From the NCBI GenBank assembly GCA_963699545.1, contig CAVOUE010000006.1, positions 1 to 64,000 on the forward strand: 64,000 nucleotides of DNA, in the 5' to 3' direction. Numbering within the stretch: position 1 is the stretch's first letter; each line of letters starts with the position of its first letter. Made by a program: the position numbers and the translations under genes. The stretch is from Nitrospirota bacterium (lineage in GTDB: Bacteria; Nitrospirota; Thermodesulfovibrionia; Thermodesulfovibrionales; UBA9159). Positions 51,478 to 62,212 of the stretch are shown one piece after another. The notes beneath the pieces are model-generated. The model did not search any database. It was not told the origin of the DNA and saw only the letters and a list, made by a program, of their open reading frames with translations.

Positions 51478-52259
51478 TCGCGATCTACGCCATAACAGCC
51501 GTAGTGGGCTCTGTCGTTGGCTCTTTCCTGAACGTCTGCATCTACCGCTTGCCCAGGGATTTGTCCATCATCCTCCCCCCTTCCCGGTGTCCGGCATGCA
51601 GCGCGCCCGTCAGACCATACGATAACATTCCTCTGATAAGCTTTATCCTCCTCAGAGGAAGATGCAGACATTGCAGGGCAAGGATATCGCTCCGATATCC
51701 CCTCGTGGAAGGCCTGAACGCCCTTCTCTTCGTCATTGTGGTCTGGCGCTTCGGGCTGGGAGGACACACTCCCTTCCTCTTTGCATTCTGCTCCGCGATG
51801 ATCGTCATCACCTTCGTCGACCTTGACTTCCAGATCATCCCCGACGCCATAACCCTTCCGGGAATAATCGTCGGTCTTATTGCGGGTTCACTTGTCCTTC
51901 CCGACCCTTTTCACAGGTTCGCGATCCTTGGCTTCCAGGGGTCGATCATCGGAGCTGTGTCGGGCGGGGCTGTTTTTTTTCTCATTGCTGAAGTCAGTTA
52001 CAGGATCTTACGGCAGGAAGCAATGGGAGGGGGAGATATAAAGATGATGGCCATGGTCGGTTCCTTCATGGGCTGGAAATCCGTGCTCCTGACGACTTTT
52101 TCCGGAAGCCTGCTGGGTTCCGTAGCGGGTATTTCTCTCATGGTCCTGAAGGGCAAGGGCAGGAGGACGAAGATACCTTTCGGACCTTTTCTTGCTGCAG
52201 GTGCGCTCATAAGCCTCTTTTACGGGCAGGAGCTCGCCTCTCTTTACCTGAAGAGATGA
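51474..52259 (+). CDS. pilD: Prepilin peptidase
   Basis: GSFLNVCIYRLP, two CxxC motifs, MGGGDIK, IPFGPFLA. Confidence 0.95.
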   Translation: MIAIYAITAVVGSVVGSFLNVCIYRLPRDLSIILPPSRCPACSAPVRPYDNIPLISFILLRGRCRHCRARISLRYPLVEGLNALLFVIVVWRFGLGGHTPFLFAFCSAMIVITFVDLDFQIIPDAITLPGIIVGLIAGSLVLPDPFHRFAILGFQGSIIGAVSGGAVFFLIAEVSYRILRQEAMGGGDIKMMAMVGSFMGWKSVLLTTFSGSLLGSVAGISLMVLKGKGRRTKIPFGPFLAAGALISLFYGQELASLYLKR

Positions 52260-53500
52260 CCGAGAGTATCGTAGTTATAACATCCTCCCTGCTCCTCGCT
52301 GTATTCATTGCCTTATTCCTGTTCCGCGTGGCCGGAATGCTCAGGAAGAAAAGGGAAAGCACAAAGAAGGAAGGGGAGACGCAGGTCGGCTTCATCGTAG
52401 GCACATTCCATGAACTGGTGGCGAAGCTCAAAGAAAAGGAAAAGGAGCTGGAGAACCTCCGGAAGAGAGCGGAGGAACGCGCCGACGTGGTCGAGAGTTA
52501 CAGCGAGTATATCCTCCAGAGCGTTCCCAGCGGCGTCATCAGCCTTGACCGCGATCTCGTCATCACAAAGGTGAACGCTGCCGCCGAGAGGATCCTCGGT
52601 CTCAAGGCCCAGGATGCCATAGGGAAAAGTTACAAAGAGATATTCAGGGAACCCATCAGGAGCATCCTTGACGGCACAATGAGCATCCAGCGCGGGGAAA
52701 TCCATTACACGTCGCATTCGGGCAAGGTAGTTCCCGTCGGCCTTACCGTTACTCCCCTTCTGAACGAGGCGAGGGAAACCATCGGCCGGCTGATGGTCTT
52801 TACCGATCGTACGGAACTGAAGGCCCTGGAGTCGCAGGCAGTCCTTCGGGACAGGTTGTCAAGTCTCGGAGAGATGGCTGCAGGAATGGCCCACGAACTG
52901 AGGAATCCCATGGCGGTCATCGCAGGGTACGCGAAGATGCTCTCGAAGAAAGCTGATCCCTCCCTTCTCCACGTTGTGGATTCCGTTGCATCAGAGGTTG
53001 CGGTGATGGACAGGATAATCACTGATTTTCTCTCCTTTGCAAGACCGACGGAACTGAACGTCTCCCCTGTGGACCTGGACCAGCTCATCAGAACATGTGT
53101 CACGCGCATTGCAGGGGAGAGAAAAGACATCGGGGTGCGCTTCAATATGCAGGCCGATTCCGCTCGTACCCGGTGATGAGATATTGCTGAGACAGGCCTT
53201 CACCAACCTGATACAGAATGCAGCGGATTCCATGCCCAAGGGAGGAGATCTGCGATTCGGGTTCGCACAACGAGGGCATTCTGGAGATCACCGTCTCGGA
53301 TTCAGGTCACGGCATCCCCGAGACGATTCACGACAAGATATTCCTGCCCTTTTATACCACAAAGGACAGAGGAACGGGACTAGGCCTGGCCATTGCTCAC
53401 AAAATCGTGGTGTCCCACCGGGTCTCTTTCACGTGGAGAGCAGCGAAAAAGGAACGACCTTCAGGGTGAAGCTTCCTCTGCCGAACGGAACGAGCAGTGA
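52256..53500 (+). CDS. PAS-domain sensor histidine kinase, frameshifted; end approximate
   Basis: AHELRNP, NLIQNA, DSGHGI, PFYTTK..GTGLGL spread across frames. Confidence 0.85.
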
Positions 53501-53551
53501 GCGACGGGAACAGACACCCACTTTCCGACGTATTTCCGACGTATACCTGGT

Positions 53552-53680
53552 TCAATGTCCGCCGTGTATCAGCACCGGCAGGCAGCGGGCGCAGACAAGC
53601 TTGTCCTCGCCTTCGTGGACGCACTTGAGATACACCGCACTCTTCTCACTCTTTCCGCACACAAAGCACTTGACTTCCAT
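53552..53680 (-). CDS. 42-aa Cys-rich (zinc-finger-like) protein
   Basis: Read by hand: MEVKCFVCGKSEKSAVYLKCVHEGEDKLVCARCLPVLIHGGH*; RBS GAGG. Confidence 0.7.
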   Translation of the reverse strand: MEVKCFVCGKSEKSAVYLKCVHEGEDKLVCARCLPVLIHGGH

Positions 53681-53682
53681 CC

Positions 53683-53907
53683 TCATCCCTCCAGTTCGTT
53701 CAGTTCTTTGACGATCTTCTCAGGGTCCATGTTGTGCATCATGGCTCCGAAGGAGATAGACTCCATCTTTACCCCGGGACAGGTGAAGCATCCGTTGCCG
53801 AAATGTTTCTCGATGACCTTTTTTGCTGCAGGGCTTGAATTGATGGCATCGCCGATGAGGGAGTCCTTAGTAAATTTCATCTTTGCCGCTTCTTTTGTTC
53901 CTTCCAT
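53683..53907 (-). CDS. DUF1858-like protein
   Basis: GCFTCP....ESI..GA.MH..D. Confidence 0.75.
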   Translation of the reverse strand: MEGTKEAAKMKFTKDSLIGDAINSSPAAKKVIEKHFGNGCFTCPGVKMESISFGAMMHNMDPEKIVKELNELEG

Positions 53908-53973
53908 TGGTATCCTCCTTTTGAACCGGTTATAGCATCTTGTCTTACTATATCCCGGAATCCGTCAAACGGG

Positions 53974-53989
53974 TATGACAGAGGTCATA
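53974..53989. promoter_or_regulatory. Crp/Fnr-type box
   Basis: TATGA-cagagg-TCATA; TATAGT -10 on the minus strand at 53947-53952. Confidence 0.7.
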
Positions 53990-53992
53990 CCC

Positions 53993-54214
53993 TTAATGCT
54001 TTGTAATCTTCACCCTCCATTCCGCGGGTCCTTCTTCCAGATACTGCCATGCAAACAGACCCTCCCTTTCGTGGAGGAACTGGTAATAGAGCGGCTTTGG
54101 GTCGTGGTCATTGACGAGGACAAAAGAATTCCCCTTTTCCATCTCGTCAAAGGTCCGGAATATCAAGGGATGCCGCTCCCTGGGGATAATCTCAGCTACA
54201 TTGAGCTCTTTCAT
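53993..54214 (-). CDS. DUF2249 family protein
   Basis: RHPLIF..F...LVNDHDPKPLYYQF...YLEEGP..WRVKI. Confidence 0.9.
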   Translation of the reverse strand: MKELNVAEIIPRERHPLIFRTFDEMEKGNSFVLVNDHDPKPLYYQFLHEREGLFAWQYLEEGPAEWRVKITKH

Positions 54215-54225
54215 CGTTTCTCCTT

Positions 54226-54687
54226 TCATCCGGCAATGGTCCTTTCGCCGAGAAGGTCTCCCTTCACCCCGATTATGGTCTCAGTAAAGGGGATGCTCTT
54301 CCCTGACCTGTTGATGGCTTCCTTCAAGACTGCCGTCATTCCCCCACAGCACGGGACCTCCATTCTGAGACATGATACACTCTTGATGGGTATGTTGCTG
54401 AATATCTCGGTGAACTTGTCCACGTAGTTCATAGCGTCATCCAGCTTTGGACAGCCGATCAGGACCTTCTTGTCCTTCAGAAATCTCTTGTGGAAATCAT
54501 GGACCGCAAAGGCAGTGCAGTCAGCAGCCACAAGGAGATCCGCGTCATTGAGAAAAGGAGCCACCGCCCCGATAAGTTTGATCTGTATCGGCCAGTGCGA
54601 GAGCCTCGGGTTCGCCTCGCTTTCACTGACCGCTATAGGCCCGATGCTGGAACACGACGGGCATTCATCGTTCATATACGTGCTCAT
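54226..54687 (-). CDS. Cys-rich putative iron-sulfur protein (type often found near hcp)
   Basis: WPIQIKL, AADC, IGCPKLD, MEVPCCGG. Confidence 0.75.
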   Translation of the reverse strand: MSTYMNDECPSCSSIGPIAVSESEANPRLSHWPIQIKLIGAVAPFLNDADLLVAADCTAFAVHDFHKRFLKDKKVLIGCPKLDDAMNYVDKFTEIFSNIPIKSVSCLRMEVPCCGGMTAVLKEAINRSGKSIPFTETIIGVKGDLLGERTIAG

Positions 54688-54750
54688 GTTTCCCTCCTCC
54701 TGTTTCTTTGATTGTCATGCTTAAGCATACCGCTTCGCTGCGGCACTTGC

Positions 54751-54811
54751 TATGACGTACATCATATGGGTGGCAAGAATACGTAATCATCCTCGTATGA
54801 CGGCAATCATA
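54751..54811. promoter_or_regulatory. Two Crp/Fnr-type boxes in a divergent promoter
   Basis: TATGA-cgtaca-TCATA (54751-54766) and TATGA-cggcaa-TCATA (54796-54811). Confidence 0.75.
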
Positions 54812-54870
54812 GCAGTGGGAGCCGGCTTTGCTATAATGTAATTATAAATAAAAAGAAGAGGAGGAATTGT

Positions 54871-55281
54871 ATGGATCGGTTCGTGAAGAATTTTATCGGG
54901 ATGAGTATCATCTATCTCTTTATCGCGTCACTCTTCGGCATCGCGATGCTTGCTCAGCCTTCCCTGCTTGCGATGAAGTTTGTCCATTCCCACCTGAACA
55001 TGCTCGGATGGGTATCCATGATGATCTTTGGTGTCGGCTATCACATCCTGCCGAGGTTCACCGGAAAGCCCCTCAAGAGCCCGAGGACAGGAGAGGTACA
55101 GTTCTGGCTTGCCAACATCGGTCTCATCGGGATGCTCCTTTTCTACGCCCTCATGAGCCTTCATCCGGAAGTGAGTATGTACAAAGGGTTGACCGTTGCC
55201 TTCGGTCTTGTCGAGACGGTTTCCGTGTTCTTATTCTTCTACAATATGCTCGCAACGATCTACGCACCATCAGAGGCGTAA
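54871..55281 (+). CDS. Four-TM membrane protein (heme-copper oxidase subunit I fragment-like)
   Basis: VHSHLNMLGW...GVGYHILPRF. Confidence 0.7.
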   Translation: MDRFVKNFIGMSIIYLFIASLFGIAMLAQPSLLAMKFVHSHLNMLGWVSMMIFGVGYHILPRFTGKPLKSPRTGEVQFWLANIGLIGMLLFYALMSLHPEVSMYKGLTVAFGLVETVSVFLFFYNMLATIYAPSEA

Positions 55282-55323
55282 CACAGAACAGGTAGCGGTG
55301 GGGCTAGGGTTACGCCCACCGCC

Positions 55324-55635
55324 TCACTTTGTCCGCTGAAATATCTCTATACTGTCGTCGAACTCCAGAGGGTCCAAACTCTTGACCGCCCTGCCGTTTC
55401 GCGTAAATTCCATCCCGTTGCTGAGTGAGATGATATCGCCTTCACGCTTACCCGTAACTCCGGATATGCCGCAGACATCCAGGATATAATCCACGGCGTA
55501 CAATTCACCGATCAAGAAAAAATCGTCAAGGTTCCTGATCTCGGACGATCCGGCGCAAACGGCGATGCCGGATAAAGCGAACGTGATCACAAGTAAAGAT
55601 GCAATGGTTCTAGCCTTCATCCGATCCTTCTCCAT
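55324..55635 (-). CDS. Hypothetical protein
   Basis: ORF with an N-terminal hydrophobic segment. Confidence 0.45.
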   Translation of the reverse strand: MEKDRMKARTIASLLVITFALSGIAVCAGSSEIRNLDDFFLIGELYAVDYILDVCGISGVTGKREGDIISLSNGMEFTRNGRAVKSLDPLEFDDSIEIFQRTK

Positions 55636-55652
55636 GAAAAAGAAGCTGTCCA

Positions 55653-56510
55653 CTATGTCCTGTTCTCATCATTCTTGTCTTCCATCCATCTATTATATGC
55701 TCCGGGGTCTTCCTTTTTCAGACATTCGGGGCAAATGCCGTGCGTGAAATCTGCGTCGGAACGTTGACGGATATAGTTTTCGAGCTTATCCCAGTAGCCT
55801 CTGTCATCGCGCACCTTCTTGCACCAGGCGCAGACAGGAAGAAGGCCCTTCAATGTTTTGACATTGGCGAGCGCATCCTGAAGCTTGCTAATAAGTTTTT
55901 CCCGCTCCTTCTCGGCCAGCCTGCGCTCAGTGACATTCCTGGTTATTCCCAATGAAGCGTATATGTCGCCGTTCGTGTTACGTAGCGGCACCGCATGGGT
56001 CTCCAGCCGGAGACGTCCACCCTTCAGACCGATCATCTCAAACTCCATGATACCCGACTCGCCCGAGAAATTTCTTTCTGTGAGCGATCTGAATTCCTCC
56101 CGATATTCCGGAGCGATCAACGCATAGACAGATTGACTCTTCACATCGTCGAAAGAATCGGCTTCAATCATCGCGAGGCCTGCGCGGTTCATGTGAAGCA
56201 GGCTTCCATCCCGGGAAAGAAGCTTAACGCACTCAGGCTCCGTCTCAATGATCGTCTGAAGATGGTTTTGGCTCTTTCGCAGTTCTTCCTCGGCGCGCCG
56301 CTGCTTGGAGAAAGCCCGCGCGGTGAAGATACCATAGGCGATAAAACAGGCGGAAGCAAGCAAACGAAAAGTAACTTCTTTCCTGTTGAATAATAAGACG
56401 TACACAAATGGCTCGCCATAATGCTCTGAATAATCGACTATGGCATCGGCTATCCAGAAAGTCAACGCAATAATAACCGAAACGATGATTATGCTGTGCT
56501 CACTCTTCAT
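55653..56510 (-). CDS. Membrane PAS protein with C-terminal Cys-rich domain
   Basis: Two TM helices, PAS, LLPVCAWCKKVRD..GYW...THGICPEC. Confidence 0.8.
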   Translation of the reverse strand: MKSEHSIIIVSVIIALTFWIADAIVDYSEHYGEPFVYVLLFNRKEVTFRLLASACFIAYGIFTARAFSKQRRAEEELRKSQNHLQTIIETEPECVKLLSRDGSLLHMNRAGLAMIEADSFDDVKSQSVYALIAPEYREEFRSLTERNFSGESGIMEFEMIGLKGGRLRLETHAVPLRNTNGDIYASLGITRNVTERRLAEKEREKLISKLQDALANVKTLKGLLPVCAWCKKVRDDRGYWDKLENYIRQRSDADFTHGICPECLKKEDPGAYNRWMEDKNDENRT

Positions 56511-57091
56511 CGCTGCGACCCAGAAGAGAGTAGACGGTGAATCGTACTACAATACCCTTCAGTCACCGGGTGCACGTTTCTTGTCCTTCGTTGTCTTCAC
56601 ACCTGTCTGCACCTTAGTTATAGCTTACTAATGCCGGTCTGATATGCTTATGATCCGGCAGGAATGACGTAGTACGCCCGAGAATGCCATTTCTTTCCAA
56701 TATCCTTAGGAGAGTGCTTTGATCGATACAGCTCATCCCGGCCATCCCGGCAGCCAGCGTGAACGCTTCTCCGGCAAAGAATTCCCCACTTTCTCGCCTG
56801 AAAACGGGACTCCACAGATCTTCGATCGCTTGCAAGATGATCGCCGCTGCAAGATTTCTTACCCTCATAGCGTTCATTCCCCCTCCGCGCAAATGATTGC
56901 AAGAGATATACCAGCTGCTGCATGACAGGTGAGCATTTGAGGAACTCATTAGATTCTCTACGTATTTTGCGTTTCTTACTCCTTTTTTGCCGGTGCAGCC
57001 GCATCGGGCTGCAAAGAAAGGTACTCAAGAGATGGGGGTTTTCCCGATTTCCGTGTGAAATTCTCGCGCTTCGCCCTTTGAGCGAACGCCG

Positions 57092-57763
57092 TTAGTAGCA
57101 GAGGGCTGTGAGCTTTTCGAGGTTCCTTATGATGATCCTGCCTTCCTTCTCGGCCACAATCCCCATCTTCTTTAGCTTGGACATGGTTCGTATGGAGGTC
57201 TCGACCGTAGTGCCGACCATCTCGGCGATATCCTGCTTGGTGAGTTTCATATCGATAACAGTTCCCTCGTCGGTTTTTTGCCCGGTCTTATCGCCCAACT
57301 TAAGAAGAAGGGATGCGATGCGCGCCTCTACCCGTTCCAGCGCTATGTTCTTCAAGGTCTCATGAGATTCCTTCATCCTGTCCCCCACCTGCTGCGCCAT
57401 GCAATACATGAGATTCGGGAAGCGGTCCAGGACCCGCATGAGATTGGACCGGGAGATCTTCAGGAGCCTGGTGTCCTCCATGGCGACGGCATTGGCGGGA
57501 TAGGGGAATCCACGGATCACTGCAAGCCCTCCGAAGAAATCCATGGGATGGATAAGCTCAAGGATGATCTCCTTGCCGTCTTGGGAGAGTTTTGTGATCT
57601 TCACCTTCCCTTCGGTGACAATGTAGAGCCACTCCGAGGGATCTCCCTCGGAAAAGATCACCTCTTTTTTCCTGACCGATGCAGCAATGAGATAAGGGGT
57701 GAGTTCTTTGAGTTCAGAGGGGCTGAGGGCGCTGAATAGGGATATCTTGCCGAGGTCGATCAT
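57092..57763 (-). CDS. Crp/Fnr family regulator (HcpR/DNR-like)
   Basis: cNMP-fold IFSEGD; HTH LTKQDIAEMVGTTVETSIR. Confidence 0.9.
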   Translation of the reverse strand: MIDLGKISLFSALSPSELKELTPYLIAASVRKKEVIFSEGDPSEWLYIVTEGKVKITKLSQDGKEIILELIHPMDFFGGLAVIRGFPYPANAVAMEDTRLLKISRSNLMRVLDRFPNLMYCMAQQVGDRMKESHETLKNIALERVEARIASLLLKLGDKTGQKTDEGTVIDMKLTKQDIAEMVGTTVETSIRTMSKLKKMGIVAEKEGRIIIRNLEKLTALCY

Positions 57764-57779
57764 CAGGGCGTACAGGGAC

Positions 57780-58268
57780 TCATTTTTTCTTTACGCCTTC
57801 CCGGGCAATGGCAACCTTTCCCGTTCTTACAAACTCCTTAATGCCCATAGGCTTCATCAGCTCGATGAACGCCTCTGTCTTTTTCTCGTCTCCCGTAATC
57901 TCTATGGTATAGGTCTTTTGGCTTGAGTCCACTATGCGGCCGCGGAAGATCTCGGTAATACTCAAGACCTCAGCCTTATCCTGCTGCCTCGGGGCGACCT
58001 TTACCAGCACCATCTCCCGCTCCACATGCTCCAGTTCTTTCATATCGGTGACCTTGATCACATCAATGAGCTTGTTAAGCTGTTTCGTAATCTGCTCGAT
58101 GATCTGGTCATCTCCCGTGGTCACGATGGTCATGACAGAGACCTGGGGGTCTATGGTCTCACCCACGGACAGGCTTTCGATATTGTAGCCCCTTCCGCTA
58201 AAGAGACCTGAAACTCTCGACAGGACGCCGAATTTGTTCTCCACAAGAACGGATATTGTATGTCTCAT
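57780..58268 (-). CDS. ilvN: Acetolactate synthase small subunit
   Basis: [26 protein letters not shown]. Confidence 0.95.
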   Translation of the reverse strand: MRHTISVLVENKFGVLSRVSGLFSGRGYNIESLSVGETIDPQVSVMTIVTTGDDQIIEQITKQLNKLIDVIKVTDMKELEHVEREMVLVKVAPRQQDKAEVLSITEIFRGRIVDSSQKTYTIEITGDEKKTEAFIELMKPMGIKEFVRTGKVAIAREGVKKK

Positions 58269-58278
58269 GCGGTTCTCC

Positions 58279-60009
58279 TTACTTCACTGCCTTGAGCTTC
58301 TTCTCAGGCTTCTTCTCCGGTTCCTCAAAAAGCATATGGTCGATGGGTGCGCCGGCAGGCACCATGGGATAAACCTTTTCCTTCCAGTTGATCACGAAGT
58401 CCATGAACACGGGCTTATGTATCTTGAACGCTTCCTTCAGCACGGGCTCAACCTCGGAGGGTTTGGTTGCCCGCAGGCCCACAGCAGTGTATGCGTGGGC
58501 GATCTCTACGAAATCGGGCACCACGTCGAGGTGGCTGTATGAATACCTCTCGTTATAGAAGAGCTCCTGCCACTGCCTCACCATTCCCAGGTACCGGTTG
58601 TTCAGAATCGCCACTTTTACCGGGAGTTTGTTTATCACCGCTGTCGCAAGTTCCTGGATGTTCATCTGGATGCTCCCGTCACCTGCGATATCGATCACCA
58701 GTTTGTTCGGGAAGGCAAGCTGGGCGCCGATGGCAGCGGGGAACCCATAGCCCATGGTCCCAAGCCCTCCGGAGCTCAACCACGTCCGGGGCTTGTCGTA
58801 CTTGTAGAACTGGGCTGCCCACATCTGGTTCTGGCCGACCTCTGTGGTTATGATCGCGTCACCCTTGGTGAGCTCGTAGATCTTTTCCACTACAAACTGC
58901 GGTTTTATCAACTCATCGCTCCAGGTGTAGGTCATGGGCCTCTCGGCCTTCCAATCCTCCATCTGTTTGAGCCATACCTTCCTCACTTCACCCCACTGTT
59001 CCTTCACCTCTTCCTTGAGTACCTTGTTCAGCACGGTAAGGACCCTCTTTACATCGCCCACAATGGGAACATCCACCCGTATGTTCTTTCTGATGGATGT
59101 CGGGTCTATATCGATATGCACGATCTTCGCGTGGGGAGCAAAGGCATCTACCTTCCCGGTGACCCTGTCGTCAAAGCGCATTCCGATGGCTATGAGGAGA
59201 TCGGATTCCTGGACCGCCTTGTTCGCATAGTAGGTCCCGTGCATACCGAGCATGCCCAGGGAAAGGTCGTGGGTTCCTGGAAAGCCGCCAAGGCCCATGA
59301 GGGTCATGGTCACGGGTACCTCGGCATGTTCGGCAAGCTCCCTGAGCTCCTTGTGAGCGCCGGAGGAGATCACGCCGCCGCCTGCAATGATCACCGGCTT
59401 CTTTGCCTTGGCAATGGCGTGGGCTGCCTGGGTGATCATCCACTTGTTGCCTTCGTAGGTCGGTTTATAGCTCCTCATGTCCAGCTCAGGCCAGGTAAAC
59501 TCTGTCTTGCCGGACGTCACATCCTTGGGAAGGTCTATGAGCACCGGCCCGGGCCTTCCGGTGGTTGCAATGTGGAAGGCCTCTTTGATGATCCTCGACA
59601 GGTCGTTCACATCTTTTACCAGGTAATTATATTTTGTGCACGGCCTCGTAATGCCGACGATGTCCGCCTCCTGGAACGCGTCATTCCCGATAAGCATGGT
59701 CGGCACCTGGCCGGACAACACCACAAGGGGGATCGAGTCCATGGAGGCCGTTGCGATCCCGGTCACGGTATTGGTGGCGCCGGGTCCCGATGTGACAAGG
59801 GCAACCCCGGCCTTTCCGGTTGCCCTTGCATAGCCGTCGGCTGCGTGAATGGCGCCCTGTTCATGCCGCGTAAGGATCAGCTGGATATCCTTGTTGTCAT
59901 AAAGAAAGTCGAAGAGATGCAGCACTACACCGCCGGGATAGCCGAAGATATGCCTGACCCCTTCTCTTTTCAGAGACTCGATAATGATTTCAGATCCCGT
60001 GACCTTCAT
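58279..60009 (-). CDS. ilvB: Acetolactate synthase large subunit
   Basis: [26 protein letters not shown]. Confidence 0.95.
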   Translation of the reverse strand: MKVTGSEIIIESLKREGVRHIFGYPGGVVLHLFDFLYDNKDIQLILTRHEQGAIHAADGYARATGKAGVALVTSGPGATNTVTGIATASMDSIPLVVLSGQVPTMLIGNDAFQEADIVGITRPCTKYNYLVKDVNDLSRIIKEAFHIATTGRPGPVLIDLPKDVTSGKTEFTWPELDMRSYKPTYEGNKWMITQAAHAIAKAKKPVIIAGGGVISSGAHKELRELAEHAEVPVTMTLMGLGGFPGTHDLSLGMLGMHGTYYANKAVQESDLLIAIGMRFDDRVTGKVDAFAPHAKIVHIDIDPTSIRKNIRVDVPIVGDVKRVLTVLNKVLKEEVKEQWGEVRKVWLKQMEDWKAERPMTYTWSDELIKPQFVVEKIYELTKGDAIITTEVGQNQMWAAQFYKYDKPRTWLSSGGLGTMGYGFPAAIGAQLAFPNKLVIDIAGDGSIQMNIQELATAVINKLPVKVAILNNRYLGMVRQWQELFYNERYSYSHLDVVPDFVEIAHAYTAVGLRATKPSEVEPVLKEAFKIHKPVFMDFVINWKEKVYPMVPAGAPIDHMLFEEPEKKPEKKLKAVK

Positions 60010-60145
60010 GGATAATATGCTCCTTTAAAGTTTAACCATTGTAACAAAACACCGGGCAAAATGGAATACACGTCTGATCCTTTCGGCTGAACGAATACAA
60101 ATCCTGGATACCACACACACGAACCATTCGTGGCATGCCCTTTCC

Positions 60146-61798
60146 TATTTCATCACTGCCCCTTTTCCCGCTGAAGTGACCATCCTCGCGTATCGTGAGA
60201 GATACCCCTTCGTTATCTTCGGTTTCGGCGCCCTCCACCGGGAAAGCCTCTTCTTGATCTCTTCGTCGGGAACCAGCAGGTCTATCTTCCTCTTTGTAAT
60301 ATCAATGCGGATCCTGTTCTCCATCGCGGATCACTGCAATGGGCCCGCCTTCCATGGCCTCAGGTGAGATATGTCCTATGCAGGGGCCCCTTGTACCGCC
60401 CGAGAACCTGCCGTCAGTGATAAGGGCAACCGATTCGCTCAGCCCCATCCCGGCAATGGTTGCCGTGGGGGACAGCATCTCTCTCATGCCCGGACCTCCC
60501 CTCGGCCCCTCGTATCTGATGACCACAACGTCCCCGGACCGGATCTTTCCTGCGAGGATCGCCTTCATGCCTGCATCCTCGGAGTTGTAGACCTTTGCGG
60601 TCCCTTCGAATTGCATCACGTTTTCCGACACGGCGGACTGCTTCACCACAGCGCCGTCAGGGGCGAGGTTTCCGCGGAGAATGGCGATACCGCCCTGTTT
60701 ATGATAGGCCTTATTCAAAGGCCTGATCACGTCCTCGTCAAAAACGACGGCCGAATCCGCTATCTCGAATATCCGCTTCCCGCTGACAGTAATAGCGTCG
60801 TTGAGGCCTTGTCTGAGCCTCTTCAGGACAGCAGGGATGCCCCCCGCATGATCAAGGTCTTCCATATAGTGTTGCCCGCCGGGGATCATGTTCGCAATAT
60901 GAGGGGTCTTTCTGCCGATCGCATCAAAGGTCTCAAGGGGAAGGCCGATGCCGGCCTCGTGGGCCATGGCAGGGATATGCAGGGCAGTGTTGGTCGAGCC
61001 GCCCAGGGCAAGGTCCACCATGATGGCGTTCTCGAAGGCCTTCTTTGTCATGATCTTCCTCGGTGTTATGTTCTTCCTCACAAGCTCCACTACCCGCCTC
61101 CCGCTCTCAAAGGCTATCCTCCTCTTGTTCGCGGAGACGGCCAGCTCCGTAGCGCATTTCGGAAGGCTCATGCCGAGGGCTTCCGTGACACACGCCATGG
61201 TGTTCGCCGTGTACATCCCCTGACAGGAACCGGCTCCCGGGCAGGCGCACATCTCCAGGGCCTGCATTTCTTCGTCCTTTATCAATCCCTTCTTGTATTT
61301 CCCGACCGCCTCAAAAGTGTCGCTGGTAAGGTTAAGTCTCCTGTTCTTGTAATGGCCGGAGAGCATCGGACCCGCTGTGACCACAATGGACGGAATATTG
61401 ATCCTCGCCGCGGCCATGAGCATGCCAGGGGTTATCTTGTCACAATTGGTCAGGAGTACCAGTCCGTCCAGCTGATGGGCCTGTGCAACGGTCTCGACCA
61501 TGTCAGCAATGAGTTCCCGGGAAGGCAACGAATAGTGCATCCCCGAATGCCCCATGGCTATGCCGTCGCAAATGCCCGGAATGCCGAAAAAAAAGGGCCA
61601 GCCGCCGCCCGTATGGACGCCTTTCTCGATAAATCGCTCAAGGTCCCGCATGCCTATGTGGCCGGGAATGATGTCGGTAAAACTCGTTGCGACACCGATG
61701 AACGGCTTGTTCATCTCTGTCTTCGGAATTCCGGTGGCGTATAACAGCGCCCTATGCGGAACCCGCTCAAGCCCCTTTTTGATCTTCGCGCTTCTCAC
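60146..61798 (-). CDS. ilvD: Dihydroxy-acid dehydratase, frameshifted near the 3' end
   Basis: [36 protein letters not shown]. Confidence 0.95.
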
Positions 61799-61951
61799 AG
61801 TAAAAGATACCTCCTCTGCTTTATTATGAAAAACTGACCTTCCCCTTTGATAAAGAATAGGGTTCGAGGGGTCGGTGTCTCTTTTCGCTTCAGCGAATCA
61901 GCCGAGGCTGAGAATCCCTGCCCCTTGAACCCTTCTTCCTGCCGCCGTCCT

Positions 61952-62179
61952 TTAATGTGCGTGGCTCTTCCTGTACTCCCTGATACACTCCGCCATCCTG
62001 TCTTTTTTGCTTAATTTGAGTTTCTGAAGCTTTTTCCGCTCCATCTCTTCATCCGCCGAAAGATACACCTTCCTGTCCATCTCTGCCAGGAGCGACTTGA
62101 GGCTCTTGTGTTCTTCATCCAGTTTCTTGAATTCCTCGTTTTCCCTCCTGAGCAGTTCCTTGATTTCCTCGTCGTTCAA
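61952..62179 (-). CDS. DUF465/YdcH family protein
   Basis: EFKKL.EEH...LQKLKL.KKD. Confidence 0.8.
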   Translation of the reverse strand: MNDEEIKELLRRENEEFKKLDEEHKSLKSLLAEMDRKVYLSADEEMERKKLQKLKLSKKDRMAECIREYRKSHAH

Positions 62180-62212
62180 TGCATCCTCCTTTCCTGCCAG
62201 AGGGTGAACCCC

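Noticed and set aside
60371-61744. Long antisense ORFs (e.g. 457 aa opposite ilvD, 379 aa opposite bamA)
   Set aside because: Shadow ORFs of GC-rich coding genes with no recognisable motifs.
61859-61933. AGGGTTCGAGGGG / CCCCTTGAACCCT inverted repeat upstream of ilvD as an attenuator or riboswitch
   Set aside because: No leader peptide or T-box features seen; single copy, function cannot be supported.
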